This document shows, piece after piece, positions 1-11,213 of a DNA stretch of 64,000 nt; positions within the stretch are counted from its first letter, which is position 1, and every line of letters starts with the position of its first letter. The stretch is from an uncultured delta proteobacterium. Its GTDB lineage: Bacteria; Desulfobacterota; Zymogenia; Zymogenales; Zymogenaceae. The DNA is taken from the NCBI GenBank assembly GCA_963735595.1, contig CAVTLK010000005.1:544001-608000 (forward strand). The letters run 5' to 3'. The notes under the pieces were generated by a model, which worked only from the letters and a program-made list of their open reading frames with translations, did not search any database and was not told the DNA's origin. The translations under genes and the position numbers were made by a program.

Positions 1-3000
1 CTATATTCAGGTTTTTGAACTCTTCTGGTGAATAACCGGACAGCCTTCTTACCGCCTGATTTACATCGATGATCCTGCCATCCAGTGCAGCGATATATAT
101 GAAATCCGGGGATGTCTCAAACAGGTTCCTGAACTTTTCCTCGGATTCCCTCAGTGCTTCTTCCGCCCGCCTGCGGTCGGTGACGTCGTGGATAATGGAA
201 TGCAGAAGTTCTTTTCCTTTTGCCTCGATTTTGCTGCTGAATACCTCCACATCCCTAACGGAGCCGTCCGCCCTCCGATGATGAAACTCAAAATGAACAC
301 GTTCTAATGATCTCACTTTTTCTATCTCTTTCTTAACTTCATCGGGCGGGAGCGTGTTGATATCCTGGATACTCATTTCTTTGAGTCGTTCAATCGGCCA
401 GCCGTAAAATCTTGCCGCAGCTTTGTTCGCTTCGACAATACGCCCGGTATCCGGATCAATGATCAGCTTGACGGCGGCGTGGTACTCGAACAATTTTCTG
501 AAAAGCTCCTCGCTCTGTCGAAGTTCCTCTTCGGCTTTCCTGCGCCCGGTCAAGTCCCGGGCGATGCCTACGGTGCCGACGACCTCTCCTCGTTCATCGA
601 AGATCGGGGTCTTGATCGTCTCTATCCAGTTAATCTTCCCCTGTTTATCAGCCAGGGGCTCTTCGACGATCTTTACAGTCCCCAAACGCATGACCTCTCT
701 ATCGTCCTCCTGGTAACGCCGGGCCAGGTCTTCGGGCCATATGTCAAGATCGCTTTTGCCGATGAGATCCTCGGAGGAAAAACCGCACGATCGACCGAAA
801 GGATCGTTGACTGCGAGGAATCGGCCCTCCGCATCCTTGAGCCAGGCAATTTCGGGAATGTTGTTGATAAGGGCCTTAAGGCGGCGCTCCGATTCAAGAA
901 GGGATGCGGTGAGCTGCCCAGCTCTTCCTCGGCTCGCTTTTGTTCGGTGATGTCAGTTATCAGACCCGTAAAACCGATAACGGAACCGGCCTCAACGATG
1001 GGATTGGATGACGAGCGGACATACCGATAAGAGCCGGTTTTTGTGATAGTTCTAAATACCGCCTCTTTTTTGATTCCTTCTAAAGATTGTCTAAAGACGG
1101 AGATGAGCTTTGGAAGATCTTCTGGATGAATGAATTCGGCGAAGTTCTTCTTCATATATTCATCTGCGCTAAAGCCCGATATATTCTCAGCAACCGGGCT
1201 GATATACATGACTGTTCCGTTTAAGTCGATATTGAATACGACATCGTTGATGTTCTCCACGAGGGAACGGTATTTCTCCTCATTTTTTCTAAGCGCCTCT
1301 TCAGCCAGCTTGCGATCGGTGGTTTCTTTCATGATTTCCAAAGCGCATTGCCGGCCGTCGGGAAGCGAGATTGGCAGTGAGTGGATCTCGAGCCACGAGC
1401 CGTCCTCCATCCGGGTCTCCCGGACATGGATTGTCTTATCGGCGAGCGAGCGGGCGGCAGTGCAGTATTCGCAGGGAAAACTACTCTTCCGGTAATGCTT
1501 GTGGCACTTCTTGCCAAGCCCGCCGCCGTACTTCTCTCGAGACGCCCGGTTCTGAAACACCAGCACCATATCCTTATCGATGATGTCTATCGGATCGGGC
1601 ATCGCATTGATGATGCTTTCGTTGAACTCCTTGATGTAACCTATATCCCGTTGGGCCTGTTCCTCGCGTTGTTTTGACTCGATGGCCCGAAGTGCGTAAC
1701 CGACATCCCCGGCGACTTCCTCCAACAGCTTGATTTCCTCGGCATCGAAGAGATCTGTCCGATCGGCATAGACGTTCAGTGCCCCATAAATATTCTTTCC
1801 ATGAAAGATGGGGGTCGCGATTGAACTCTTATACCCTCTCTTCTCAGCCTCTTTTCGCCACGGCGCGTATTGTGGTACTGTTAAATCCTTTAAAACGGAT
1901 GTTTTCCCGGTCTTTATCGCCATCCCGGTCGGCCCCATCCCCGTCGCTTCACCGTCCCAGGTCATCTTGACCTTTGTGAGATACCCGTCTTCATATCCGT
2001 AATGGGCGGCCGGCACGACCCTTTTGTGGCCCTCTTCAATCATCCCTATCCAGACCAATCGGTACCCGCTCAGCTCCGAGAGAATATGACACACGTCTTC
2101 TAGGAGCTTCTCTTTGTCCTTTTCCTTTACGATAACTTGGTTAACAGTTCGGATTGATTTCAGCAGGCGATTGAGATGAGCGATATGTTCCTCGGCACGT
2201 TTGCGCTTCGTGATATCGTTCACGACAATGTAAAGGCCCTTGACCTTCCCGTCAGAGCCGATATTTGGTATATACGTGACCAGTCCGTATATCGTGTCTC
2301 CGGAGGATACTTCGATCGGCGCCTCGAAAGTGATCCGTTGGCCGGATAGGGCTTGCTTTACGTAGGGCTTTGACCGCCGGAAGGCTTCATCCCCGATCAC
2401 TTCCGGTATCGTACGTCCCAGGATCGATTCCGGTTTTTGACCGTGCCACCGTTCATACTGGGCATTGGCAAACAGATAGCGGAGCTTGCGGTCCACTTGG
2501 GCGACGGTGCCGGGCAGGTTATCGGCAATGGCCGAGAGAAGTTTTTCTCGTTTTAGAAGCTCCTCCACGGCCCGCGCGATCGCGGTGATATCGTTTCTCT
2601 TTTCCTGTCCATCCGGCCTATCCCGATCTATCTTCTCCTGCGCTTTTCCGAGCGAGACACGAGCTTTTTTTCGCTCGATGCCGTACAGCAGAGAACGTAT
2701 CAGCGCAAATGCGGTGATATGCCCTTTCACAAGGTAATCCTGGGCACCCGCCTGTAGCGCAGATAACGCGATGGACTCATTTTCAGTAACGGAACAGACG
2801 ATTATGGGGACATCGGAGGCAACGGGTTTCAGCTTTTTTAGCGTATCAATACCTTCACTGTCGGGGAGGTTAAGGTTAAGGAGGACAATATCAAACCGTT
2901 TTCTCGCCAAGATATCCTGCGCCGATGAAAGCCGATCGACCGTTTCCACGATGAACAGGCCTTTTTGCCCTTTGGCAAGCAGGTCCGTGATTGCCCGGGC

Positions 3001-3051
3001 ATCGAGGACATTGTCCTCGACGACGAGGACCCGTATCGATTCTTTTTTCAT
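1..3051 (-). CDS. Large sensory protein: receiver + PAS + GAF + multiple PAS domains; runs off the left edge; one frameshift near 918
   Basis: N-terminal receiver (VLVVEDN...LLNLNLPDSEG), PAS/PAC repeats ending DITxRKRAEE, and a GAF segment. After ...AEEELG, adding one G in a G-run continues the frame (QLTASLLESERRLKALINNIPEIAWLKD...) through further PAS domains to base 1. Confidence 0.85.
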
Positions 3052-3725
3052 CTGAATATCTCTCCCGTTGTACGATGCAAGGTTGCCTTCATAAGATATG
3101 AAAAGAGGGAAGCGGATTTACTATTGAACGGTGCAATGAGAAATATAACTGTAATTATATAATATCTTAGGGCGTTTGTCGAGATACCATCGGTACCTTA
3201 TATGTTCATATATGCATGTATCCTCGATAATTATGAGATGTTCGGCTCTTTTTTTGTACATATCCATACGTTCAAACCGAAACCTTTATATAGGAGTTAC
3301 CACTTTAAAATAGTGAAGACAAATCCAATCGGATAATACCCTGCCTCGGAAATCGAGGATGACAGCAAAGGGGTTTCAGTTATTTCAGGCATTTGGAGCC
3401 TGTAGAAATAGAAATATAGGAATTGGTGGGAGCGATCCGCACGCGATGGAAGCGGACTTGCCGGCAGTTACCGTCCGAGTTGCCGCGCTGCCTTCGGCTT
3501 CTCGAAGGGGGAAATTCCGTGTTGATGTCAAGGAAGTTTCAGGACAAGTTCGGCATGGGGATCATCGCGCTCATCATCAAGAGAAACGAGATCAACAAAG
3601 CGAATAGTGCTGAAGCACGGAAGAAACTGATCGAGGAGTTCGAGATCAACGCGGCGATGCTTGACCGGGGCCTGGAATACCTGATAATCTCTAATCATTA
3701 TAGCGGTTTTTTTAATTACTGCCGG

Positions 3726-5345
3726 CTACTTGGCCGGGCATTGAATCTTCTTCAGCTTTTCGGCATAGACGAAGTTGTCGTCGTTTTCGGGGTTGTGGCA
3801 GGAGATACAGTCGGTCGCCGAGGTGAGGTGGCGCATCTTGTTGGCCGTGTTGTCCTTGACGTGCAGGCTCCCCGGTCCGTGGCAGACCTCGCACTGGACG
3901 CCCAGGAGGTCCTTCGCCGTCAGGATATTGTTGAATCCCCCGGGCTTGCGGTAGCCGGTGGTGTGGCAGGCGATACAGTTCGGCTCGAACTGCCGCTCGT
4001 CTTCCCGGAGGGTCTCATAGGCCTTCACGTGTGCGGTCCCGGAGACAAAGGAGTATATCCTGGTGTGGCATACTTTGCAGCTTTCCATCCCCACGTAGTG
4101 GGGCTCGACCGAGAGAGAGGAGGTATCACGCCTGCCTTCCTCGAGCAGCGATTCCTTTTCCTGGTTCTTTATCTCCAGGAGCTTGTCGGCGTACTTCTTG
4201 AAAATACCCCTTACATCCGGGTCGTCCGCAAGGCTCGCATCCAGAGCGATCAGGGACGCCGTCACGGTGTTCGGATGCTCCGCATCCGGCCCCTCTCCCA
4301 GCTTTTCGAGCCTCTTATTTACCTGCTCCATTTCGTCGGTGACGACCTCTTCGATCGCTGCGACGTCCTTACCCTCTTTCTTCTGGGCCTCGATATCGGC
4401 AATGAAGATATCGAGCTGCTTCTTCCTCATGATCAGCTCCCGGTGCTCGAAGGAGTCCGATTTTTCGCTTCCTGCAATAAAGAAGTTATAGGGGCGTTTG
4501 GTATCGCCGATCGAGAAATCCAGCCGGTCGATATACTTGCCCCGGGCGAATATCTCGGTAATCAGGGTGTTTTTCTCGGTGATCGGCTGGTAGAGGTTGA
4601 TATCGCCCCCGTGGCCCACGATAATCAGGTCGACGGCGTCAAAGCCCTTCGCCAGGACCTTGGCGTCGTTGGTGCCGGTATGGGCGAGCACCACGATGAA
4701 GTCGGCCTTGTTCTCAAGCTCCCGTATGACGGCGGCCAGCGCGTTCTCCGGATCGGATAGGATGATCCCGAGCTCCTCCTGACGCGTGGCCTTAAAGTCC
4801 GTATCCTTCCCGATGACCGAGGTTATGCCGACCCGAAATCCGTTGACCTTGACGACGGTATAGGGCTCAAAGACGTACTTATTGGTCTTCGCGTCCAGTA
4901 CGTTGGCGGCAATAAACGGGAAATCGGCCGTCTTTTCGAGGTCCTTGAGGTAGTCCAGACCCAGCGCGAATTCCTTTTCGCCCAGCCCCAGGGCGGTCCA
5001 TCCCATCGCGTTATACGACTCGATGATCTTCCTGCCCTGGATAGCAAGCGTGATGTCGGGGTCGTCGCCGTAGTTATAGTCATGGAACAACAGGTCGCCC
5101 GCGTCCAGGAGGAGAAGGTCCTTAACTTCTTCCCGCACCGTACCGATATATGTCGCCTTTCTTGGCAGACCGCCAATTTGGTTGGATTTTCACCCACAGG
5201 GCTCGGTCTCGCCGAGGACATCGTTGCTGTAGACGATCGTGAAGTCGGCGGCCGGCGGCGTGTAGTTATCGCAGTACGATACGCCCATAAAGATGAAGAA
5301 GAGAGCCAGAACTATCGCGATGTTGGGCCGGAGGGTCTTACGCAT
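3726..5345 (-). CDS. UshA-like (5'-nucleotidase N-terminal fold) selenoprotein fused to a tetraheme cytochrome c domain; Sec at codon 52
   Basis: ATG at 5345 follows GGAG. Signal peptide, then ...YSNDVLGETEPCG-TGA-KSNQIGGLPRKATY, in frame with track ORF 3726..5138. Four CxxCH motifs: CKVCH, CIACH, CEVCH, CISCH. Confidence 0.85.
5162..5176 (-). promoter_or_regulatory. Putative bacterial SECIS hairpin
   Basis: UUGGC-GGUCU-GCCAA stem-loop starts 13 nt after the in-frame UGA (5192-5190). The apical GGUC resembles the E. coli fdhF SECIS. Confidence 0.75.
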
Positions 5346-5571
5346 CAAGGTACTCCAAAGATATTTTTGTTATTATACGATATGGGGGGGAAGCTGTCAA
5401 TACCGGATGCGTACCCACCCCGCGGGATACATGCCGTTTACCCCCGAAATTTGTCTTGAATAACACTATACGAATGATACAATATACTATGTGCCGTCCC
5501 CGGACGTGACATGGATTTCCGGAGCCGTACCCCGCGTTAAACAGAGCGGATCTTTTTGAAGAGGTGTCGTA

Positions 5572-7338
5572 ATGAAGAAAGAATGGCAAGAGGTCTTTTC
5601 CAAATACCTGAACCGCCGGGATTTCCTCGGCTCGGCGTCAAAAACGCTGCTCGCGCTGGCGTCCGTCCCGCTTCTCGGTTCCCGGGCCGCCGCGGCCGTG
5701 CCGATGGGCCTGGGCATTACGGCGTCGGGGCCCGGCCCCAGGACGCTGCTGACTAACGGGCTGGTTGTCGACGGCACCGGCACGGCGGGATACATCGGGA
5801 GCGTGCTGATTTCAGGCGATACTATCACTGACGTCGCTCCCGGTACGCTAAGCGCGGGCAATGCTGCGGTCATCGACTGCACGGACAAGGTAATTGCCCC
5901 CGGCTTTATCGACGCCCATTCGCACATGGACTGGTACCTGCCGGTCGCGGGGCACGACGATCTCAAGACGCCGTTTACCGCGCAGGGGATCACCACGTTC
6001 GTGGCGGGCAACTGCGGATACGGCGTGGCGGGTTTCAAGAAGGACACGCCCCACCGGGACCTCATCACCGCTTGGAAGAAGGGGTTGTTGGACGTCACGT
6101 GGGACACGATGGAGGACTACTTTGCCCGGCTCAGACAGGTCGGGATGACCCATAACCTGGTCAATCTCGCCGGACACGGCACGACCCGAACCTCCATCCG
6201 CGGCTTTGAGGCCGGACCGATGGCGGATGCGGAGATGACGGAGATGCTCTCGCTCCTTGAGGCCGCGATAGACCAGGGGGCTTACGGCGTCTCATTCGGC
6301 CTCCAGTACGAGCCGGGCCTGTTCGCGTCGACCGGCGAGATCACCAGGATCTGCGAGCTCGTGAAAAAGAAGGACAAGGTCGTCACCGTCCACTCGAAGG
6401 CCTACTCGACGCTCTCGGGCACCTACCCGATGAAACCGCTCGGGGCGCCCCACAACCTGATCGCCCTCAAGGAGATGCTGGATATCGCCAAGCAGACCGG
6501 GGTCAGGCTCGAGCTCTCCCACCTGATCTTTGTCGGGTCCCTGACCTGGAAGAACTACGACACGGCGCTTAAGATGATCGATGATGCAATCGCCGACGGC
6601 GTTGACGTGGCGTTTGATACCTATGCGTATCACTGCGGCACGTCCCACATTAACGTCTTCTTCCCGCCCGAGTTTCTGGCGAGGGCGCCGGAGGTCTACG
6701 ACGACGAGGCCGCGCTCAGAGGCATCAAGCTTCAATTCACCTTTATCGTCAATGTCCTCGGGTTCGGGTTTGACGACATTCAGATCACTTACGCCGGCGT
6801 GGACGATCTCAATCAGTATAACGGCATGTTCCTCTCGGAGATCGCCCGGGCCCGTGGGATGGACGATTTTACCAACTTCTTTGATATCGCCAAGCGGTCA
6901 AACGGCGTCGCACGGGTGCTCAACCACCGCTATTCCAACGTTGAGATCGTCGAGGAGCTGATGAAGCACCCGAGGTCGCTCTTCATGACCGACGCCTCCG
7001 TGGAGGAGACGGGGGTGCAGAACCCGGCCTGTTTCGGGTGCTTCCCGAGGTTCCTGGAGTGGTCGCGGGATAAAAAACTCCTCACGCTCGAAGAAGCGGT
7101 CAGGAAGATGACCGGCGCCACGGCCGAGCGGTTCGGCGTTGTGGATCGCGGGTTATTACGGAAAGGGGCACCGGCGGATATCACGGTCTTTGACTGGAAC
7201 ACCGTCAAGGACAACAATACGGTGTCGGAGACCAGCAACGCCCCCACGGGTATCGAATACGTCTTCATCAACGGGAAGAGGGTATTGAAGGGCGGGGTCG
7301 TCGATCCCAAGATCAAGGCCGGGGTCGTGGTCGGATAG
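5572..7338 (+). CDS. Tat-exported amidohydrolase, N-acyl-D-amino-acid deacylase family
   Basis: NRRDFL Tat motif; PGFIDAHSH, VAGNCG and G.L.KGAPADITVFD motifs. Confidence 0.85.
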   Translation: MKKEWQEVFSKYLNRRDFLGSASKTLLALASVPLLGSRAAAAVPMGLGITASGPGPRTLLTNGLVVDGTGTAGYIGSVLISGDTITDVAPGTLSAGNAAVIDCTDKVIAPGFIDAHSHMDWYLPVAGHDDLKTPFTAQGITTFVAGNCGYGVAGFKKDTPHRDLITAWKKGLLDVTWDTMEDYFARLRQVGMTHNLVNLAGHGTTRTSIRGFEAGPMADAEMTEMLSLLEAAIDQGAYGVSFGLQYEPGLFASTGEITRICELVKKKDKVVTVHSKAYSTLSGTYPMKPLGAPHNLIALKEMLDIAKQTGVRLELSHLIFVGSLTWKNYDTALKMIDDAIADGVDVAFDTYAYHCGTSHINVFFPPEFLARAPEVYDDEAALRGIKLQFTFIVNVLGFGFDDIQITYAGVDDLNQYNGMFLSEIARARGMDDFTNFFDIAKRSNGVARVLNHRYSNVEIVEELMKHPRSLFMTDASVEETGVQNPACFGCFPRFLEWSRDKKLLTLEEAVRKMTGATAERFGVVDRGLLRKGAPADITVFDWNTVKDNNTVSETSNAPTGIEYVFINGKRVLKGGVVDPKIKAGVVVG

Positions 7339-7365
7339 GATGGATCGCTGATGTAATTAATTATA

Positions 7366-7398
7366 ACGGCGCTGCCCGGTTTACCCGGGCAGCGCCGT
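7366..7398. terminator. Hairpin between convergent genes
   Basis: ACGGCGCTGCCCGG...CCGGGCAGCGCCGT inverted repeat. Confidence 0.6.
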
Positions 7399-7435
7399 CA
7401 CAGCCTCAGTTACGGGGCCCCCTCGAAGGGCGCCC

Positions 7436-9115
7436 CTATTTTTTCGCCCCTTTTGCCCGCTCCAGCTCCATCTCCCTCAGCTTCCGCCGCAGGACCTTTC
7501 CGATCACGCTCTTCGGAAGCTCGTCCATGAACTCGACGGCCTTCGGGACCTTATAAGCGGCCAGGTTCTTCTTGCAGTAGTCGATGACCTCGTCGGTGGT
7601 CAGCACCTCTCCCGGTTTGACGACGATAAACGCCTTGATCGTTTCGCCCCGGTACTTGTCCGGCACTCCCGCGGCGCACGCCTCCAGGATCTTCGGGTGC
7701 TCGTAGAGGAGGTTGTCTATCTCAACGGGGTAGATATTATACCCACCGGCGATGACCATATCCTTTTTCCGGTCCACGACGGAGAGGTAGCCGTCTTTAT
7801 CGAAAGACCCGATGTCACCGGTATAAAACCACCCGTTCTTAACGACCTCTTTGGTCTCGTTGGGTTTGTTGTAGTATCCCATCATCAGCTGGGGGCCCTT
7901 GATGATAATTTCACCCGTCTCGCCGGGCCCGAGCTCTTTCTTGCCGGTATCCGCGTCCATGACCTTGACGTCCGTGTCGGGCAGCGGGATACCCACGGTT
8001 CCCGCCTTTATCGTCCCGCTGCTGGGGGTCATGGTCGCCGCCGGCGAGACCTCGGTCATCCCGTAGATCTCGGACATGGTGGCGCCGGTAAGATCCTTGA
8101 GGTCCCGCAGCGTCTCCGGCGCCAGGGGCGCGGCGGCGGAAAAGAACCCTTTTATGAAGGCGAGGTCCATCTTGCGGAATTCCGGGTCGTTGAGGAGGCC
8201 GACGAAGATCGTTGGAACGCCGGGCAGCCACTGCGGCCTGGTCCGCTTGAGCATCTCGATGATCCCCTTCGGCTCGGGACGGGGTATCAGGATCTGCTGC
8301 CAGCCCATCCAGATGATGAAACAGCTGATGAAGTTGCCGGCCGAATGGAACAACGGGTAGGTCGCCACCATCGAATCCTTCCCGAACTCGAGATCGGGAA
8401 ACCATGCTCGAACCTGCTGCACGTTCGCGGAGAGGTTCTTGTGGGAGAGCATGACGCCCTTGCTGACACCCGTGGTCCCGCCGGTGTAGATGATCGTGGC
8501 GAGGTTATCCCACGCGCTGGCGTCCTTGACGGCGTCCTTCGGGTATTTCTTTATCAGGCTGCTGAACTCGTGGACGGTTTCGGTTTCCTCGATCTCCCGG
8601 TGCATCGCCTTTTTCACGTACGGGAAGAGCTGCTTTTTAGGAAACGGCAAGTATGAATGAATATGACAGGCGATTATCTTCTTTATCTTGGTCCGGGGCA
8701 TCAACCCCAGCATGCGGGGCACCAGGAGCGACATGGTGACGATGATTTTTGCGCCCGAGTCGTTGAGCTGGTACTCAAGCTCGCGCTCGGTATAGAGGGG
8801 ATTGTTCTGCGCGATGACCGCCCCGATGCGGAAGATCGCGAGGTCCGCGATGACCACCTGGGGGATGTTCGGGAGACACACCGCCACGTTGTCCCCTTTC
8901 TTCACGCCCAGGCCGATTAGCGCCTTCGCGAAACGGTTGACCATATCGTTGAGCTCTTTATAGGTGTATTTCTTGCCCATATATTCGAGGGCAGGGCTGT
9001 TCGGATAGTTCTCCGCAGTCCTGGTCAGCACCTGGGAGATAGTGACCTTCTCGTAGTCAACGCTTCGGGGAACACCGGGGGGGTAAAACTTGTACCATAC
9101 TTTTTCCGCCATCAT
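7436..9115 (-). CDS. fadD: Long-chain fatty acid--CoA ligase
   Basis: AMP-binding motifs YTGGTTGVSKG, YGMTE, GWFYTGDIG and PKSVIGKVLRR. AAGGAG RBS before ATG 9115/9112. Confidence 0.9.
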   Translation of the reverse strand: MMAEKVWYKFYPPGVPRSVDYEKVTISQVLTRTAENYPNSPALEYMGKKYTYKELNDMVNRFAKALIGLGVKKGDNVAVCLPNIPQVVIADLAIFRIGAVIAQNNPLYTERELEYQLNDSGAKIIVTMSLLVPRMLGLMPRTKIKKIIACHIHSYLPFPKKQLFPYVKKAMHREIEETETVHEFSSLIKKYPKDAVKDASAWDNLATIIYTGGTTGVSKGVMLSHKNLSANVQQVRAWFPDLEFGKDSMVATYPLFHSAGNFISCFIIWMGWQQILIPRPEPKGIIEMLKRTRPQWLPGVPTIFVGLLNDPEFRKMDLAFIKGFFSAAAPLAPETLRDLKDLTGATMSEIYGMTEVSPAATMTPSSGTIKAGTVGIPLPDTDVKVMDADTGKKELGPGETGEIIIKGPQLMMGYYNKPNETKEVVKNGWFYTGDIGSFDKDGYLSVVDRKKDMVIAGGYNIYPVEIDNLLYEHPKILEACAAGVPDKYRGETIKAFIVVKPGEVLTTDEVIDYCKKNLAAYKVPKAVEFMDELPKSVIGKVLRRKLREMELERAKGAKK

Positions 9116-9543
9116 CTGCTCCTTATTGGTATTTCGTACAATATACAATAGGCCACGCGGTATTGTTACGGCCCCGATCGCGCCCCTGTGGCCGTGCCTT
9201 TTTCTAAGGGAATAATTATGTACCAGTCAAGATGTGGAGCAACAAAACGAGGATATAGTATCAGGATTTTTGCATACGTGCAAGTTTTGTTGTCGTCGGG
9301 GCCGGGGAAAACAGGGCCGATCCCACGGCCGCAGCTCCGGAACTTACTAACGGCGGACGGGCGTTGGGGGAAGCAGCGATCGTCCAGGGGGACGGACGGG
9401 TGCCCGTCGGGTGCGGGTGGTCGTTATCGGGGATCTATGGTCTGAGATTGTGGAAGGGTGGCGCGGCAGATAGGACCGGCGGATTTCACCGGTTCCGGCG
9501 GCCATGACATCGAGGGAATCGACGCGGCGCCTGAGCCCCGGCC

Positions 9544-9987
9544 TCAGTAGTTATAGTACGTGTCGTTGTAGTTGTCGTATACGTTGTAGTACATGTCGCT
9601 GTAGCTGTCGGAATAATTGTAGTAGTTGAAGGCGTCCGAATAGTTATAGTAGGTGGAGTTCGTGTAAGCGGTGTACGTGTCGTTATAGTTGTCGTATACG
9701 TTGTAGTACATGTCGCTGTAGCTGTCAGAATAATTGTAGTAATTAAAGGCGTCCGAATAGTTATAGTAGTTGTTATAGCCGCCCCCGCCGCCGTCCGAGT
9801 AGTTATAGTAGAGGTTCGCGTACCCGCCGTAACACTCGTCCTGGCCCTGCGTTACGACGGCGGTGACGCCGAGGGTGCCCAGCAGCGCGGCGCCCTTGGC
9901 CATACGCACCAGCGCCTCGCGCCGGCTGAGCTTCTCCGGCCGTTTCGTTACTTCTTCCTGGGATGTTTTCTTCTTCTTGTCTTTCAT
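9544..9987 (-). CDS. Tyr/Asn/Asp-repeat protein with SRRE leader; candidate RiPP precursor or secreted repeat protein
   Basis: Leader KLSRREALVRMAKGAALLG followed by a core of YxN/YxD triplets. An internal duplication differs only at synonymous sites. Own sigma70-like promoter. Confidence 0.8.
   Translation of the reverse strand: MKDKKKKTSQEEVTKRPEKLSRREALVRMAKGAALLGTLGVTAVVTQGQDECYGGYANLYYNYSDGGGGGYNNYYNYSDAFNYYNYSDSYSDMYYNVYDNYNDTYTAYTNSTYYNYSDAFNYYNYSDSYSDMYYNVYDNYNDTYYNY
9556..9768. repeat. Intragenic duplication: 96-bp unit, 117-bp period (9556-9651 and 9673-9768)
   Basis: Both copies encode YYNYSDAFNYYNYSDSYSDMYYNVYDNYNDTY. The 4 nucleotide differences are all synonymous third positions. 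Confidence 0.95.
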
Positions 9988-10096
9988 CGGTGCTGCTCTC
10001 GGGTATTCGTTTTCTGGATACGAACCGTTGTGATGAGATCCCCCGCCGATGGCTGTTACCCAATGTCAGCGGCGTCCCCCTGTTTATGTTAAATAT

Positions 10097-10125
10097 ACTA
10101 TACGTGATGCGGCCCGATGTGTCAA
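10097..10125 (-). promoter_or_regulatory. Sigma70-like promoter of the Tyr-repeat gene
   Basis: TTGACA-17 bp-TATAGT on the minus strand. Confidence 0.7.
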
Positions 10126-10337
10126 CTGATTCCGCGCGAGAGCGCCGCGTTTTAACGCGGGTAATTTGCCGTGCGTGATACAGATCGATACGCACGTTCA
10201 TACTGCTTCGGGGAATACGCCCGCATGTCTTCGCCACATTTTCCCGACAATCCTCTTGACTTTCTTGGCCATCCGGCTAATATACTATGTTATTACTTTG
10301 ACCGTTCGGAGCACGTCCGAAAATAACGGGAGCACCC

Positions 10338-11099
10338 ATGACGGAGCCAAAAAAGGTCTTTTCGCGGCCCAAAAGCCTCACCGATAAACCGTATCATTTC
10401 TGCCCCGGCTGCAACCACGGCATCATCCACCGCATCGTGGGGGAGGCGCTGGACGAATTCGACCTCGTCCCCCGGACGACCGCCGTTGCCTCGGTGGGCT
10501 GCAGCGTCTTTCTCTACGATTACTTTGCCATCGACGTGCTGGAGGCGCCCCACGGCAGGGCGCCGGCCGTCGCCACGGGCGTCAAGCGGTCGCAGCCGGA
10601 CAACATCGTTTTTACCTATCAGGGCGACGGCGACCTGGCCTCCATCGGGATGAGCGAGATCGTGCACGCCGCCAACCGCGGGGAGCCGATAACGGTGATT
10701 TTCGTCAACAATACCGTCTACGGCATGACCGGCGGCCAGATGGCCCCCACGACCATGCTCGGCCAGAAGACCACTACCTCGCCTTACGGCCGGGAGTATT
10801 CCCAGGACGGCTACCCGATCCGCATGGCCGAGATGCTTGCGACGCTGGAGGGCGCGGCCTTCGTGGCGCGCGTTGCCGTCAACAAGCCCAAGAACGTCAT
10901 CGCCGCTAAGAAGGCGATCAAGAAGGCCTTCAGGATGCAGATAGAGGACATCGGTTTTTCGTTCGTCGAGGTCCTGTCCACCTGCCCTACCAACTGGCGG
11001 ATGACGCCCAAGGAGGCGGCGTGGCGGGTGGAGGAGGAGATGGTGCCCTATTTCCCGCTGGGCGTTTTTAAAGAGCGGACGATGTCTGACGTTATGTAA
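10338..11099 (+). CDS. 2-oxoacid:ferredoxin oxidoreductase beta subunit (TPP-binding)
   Basis: [40 protein letters not shown] and CPTNW motifs. Confidence 0.92.
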   Translation: MTEPKKVFSRPKSLTDKPYHFCPGCNHGIIHRIVGEALDEFDLVPRTTAVASVGCSVFLYDYFAIDVLEAPHGRAPAVATGVKRSQPDNIVFTYQGDGDLASIGMSEIVHAANRGEPITVIFVNNTVYGMTGGQMAPTTMLGQKTTTSPYGREYSQDGYPIRMAEMLATLEGAAFVARVAVNKPKNVIAAKKAIKKAFRMQIEDIGFSFVEVLSTCPTNWRMTPKEAAWRVEEEMVPYFPLGVFKERTMSDVM

Positions 11100-11213
11100 A
11101 GGAACCACCCACGGAATACGGAGTTTTCCGTGGGGCCCGGTTAGAAGAGAGGAGTACGACAACAGCGCTTCCGGCTCGGGCAGGTTACATAGGCACTTAT
11201 AAGGTATCCTTTA

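Noticed and set aside
3423..4760. Long + strand ORF, and similar ones at 20462, 23150, 24916, 50809 and 57730
   Set aside because: Antisense shadows of real GC-rich genes. Only 3423-3690 might be a gene remnant, and I cannot identify it.
9556..9800. Repeats as a CRISPR array or DGR template/variable pair
   Set aside because: No repeat-spacer structure and no cas or reverse transcriptase gene. The differences are synonymous, not adenine-directed diversification.
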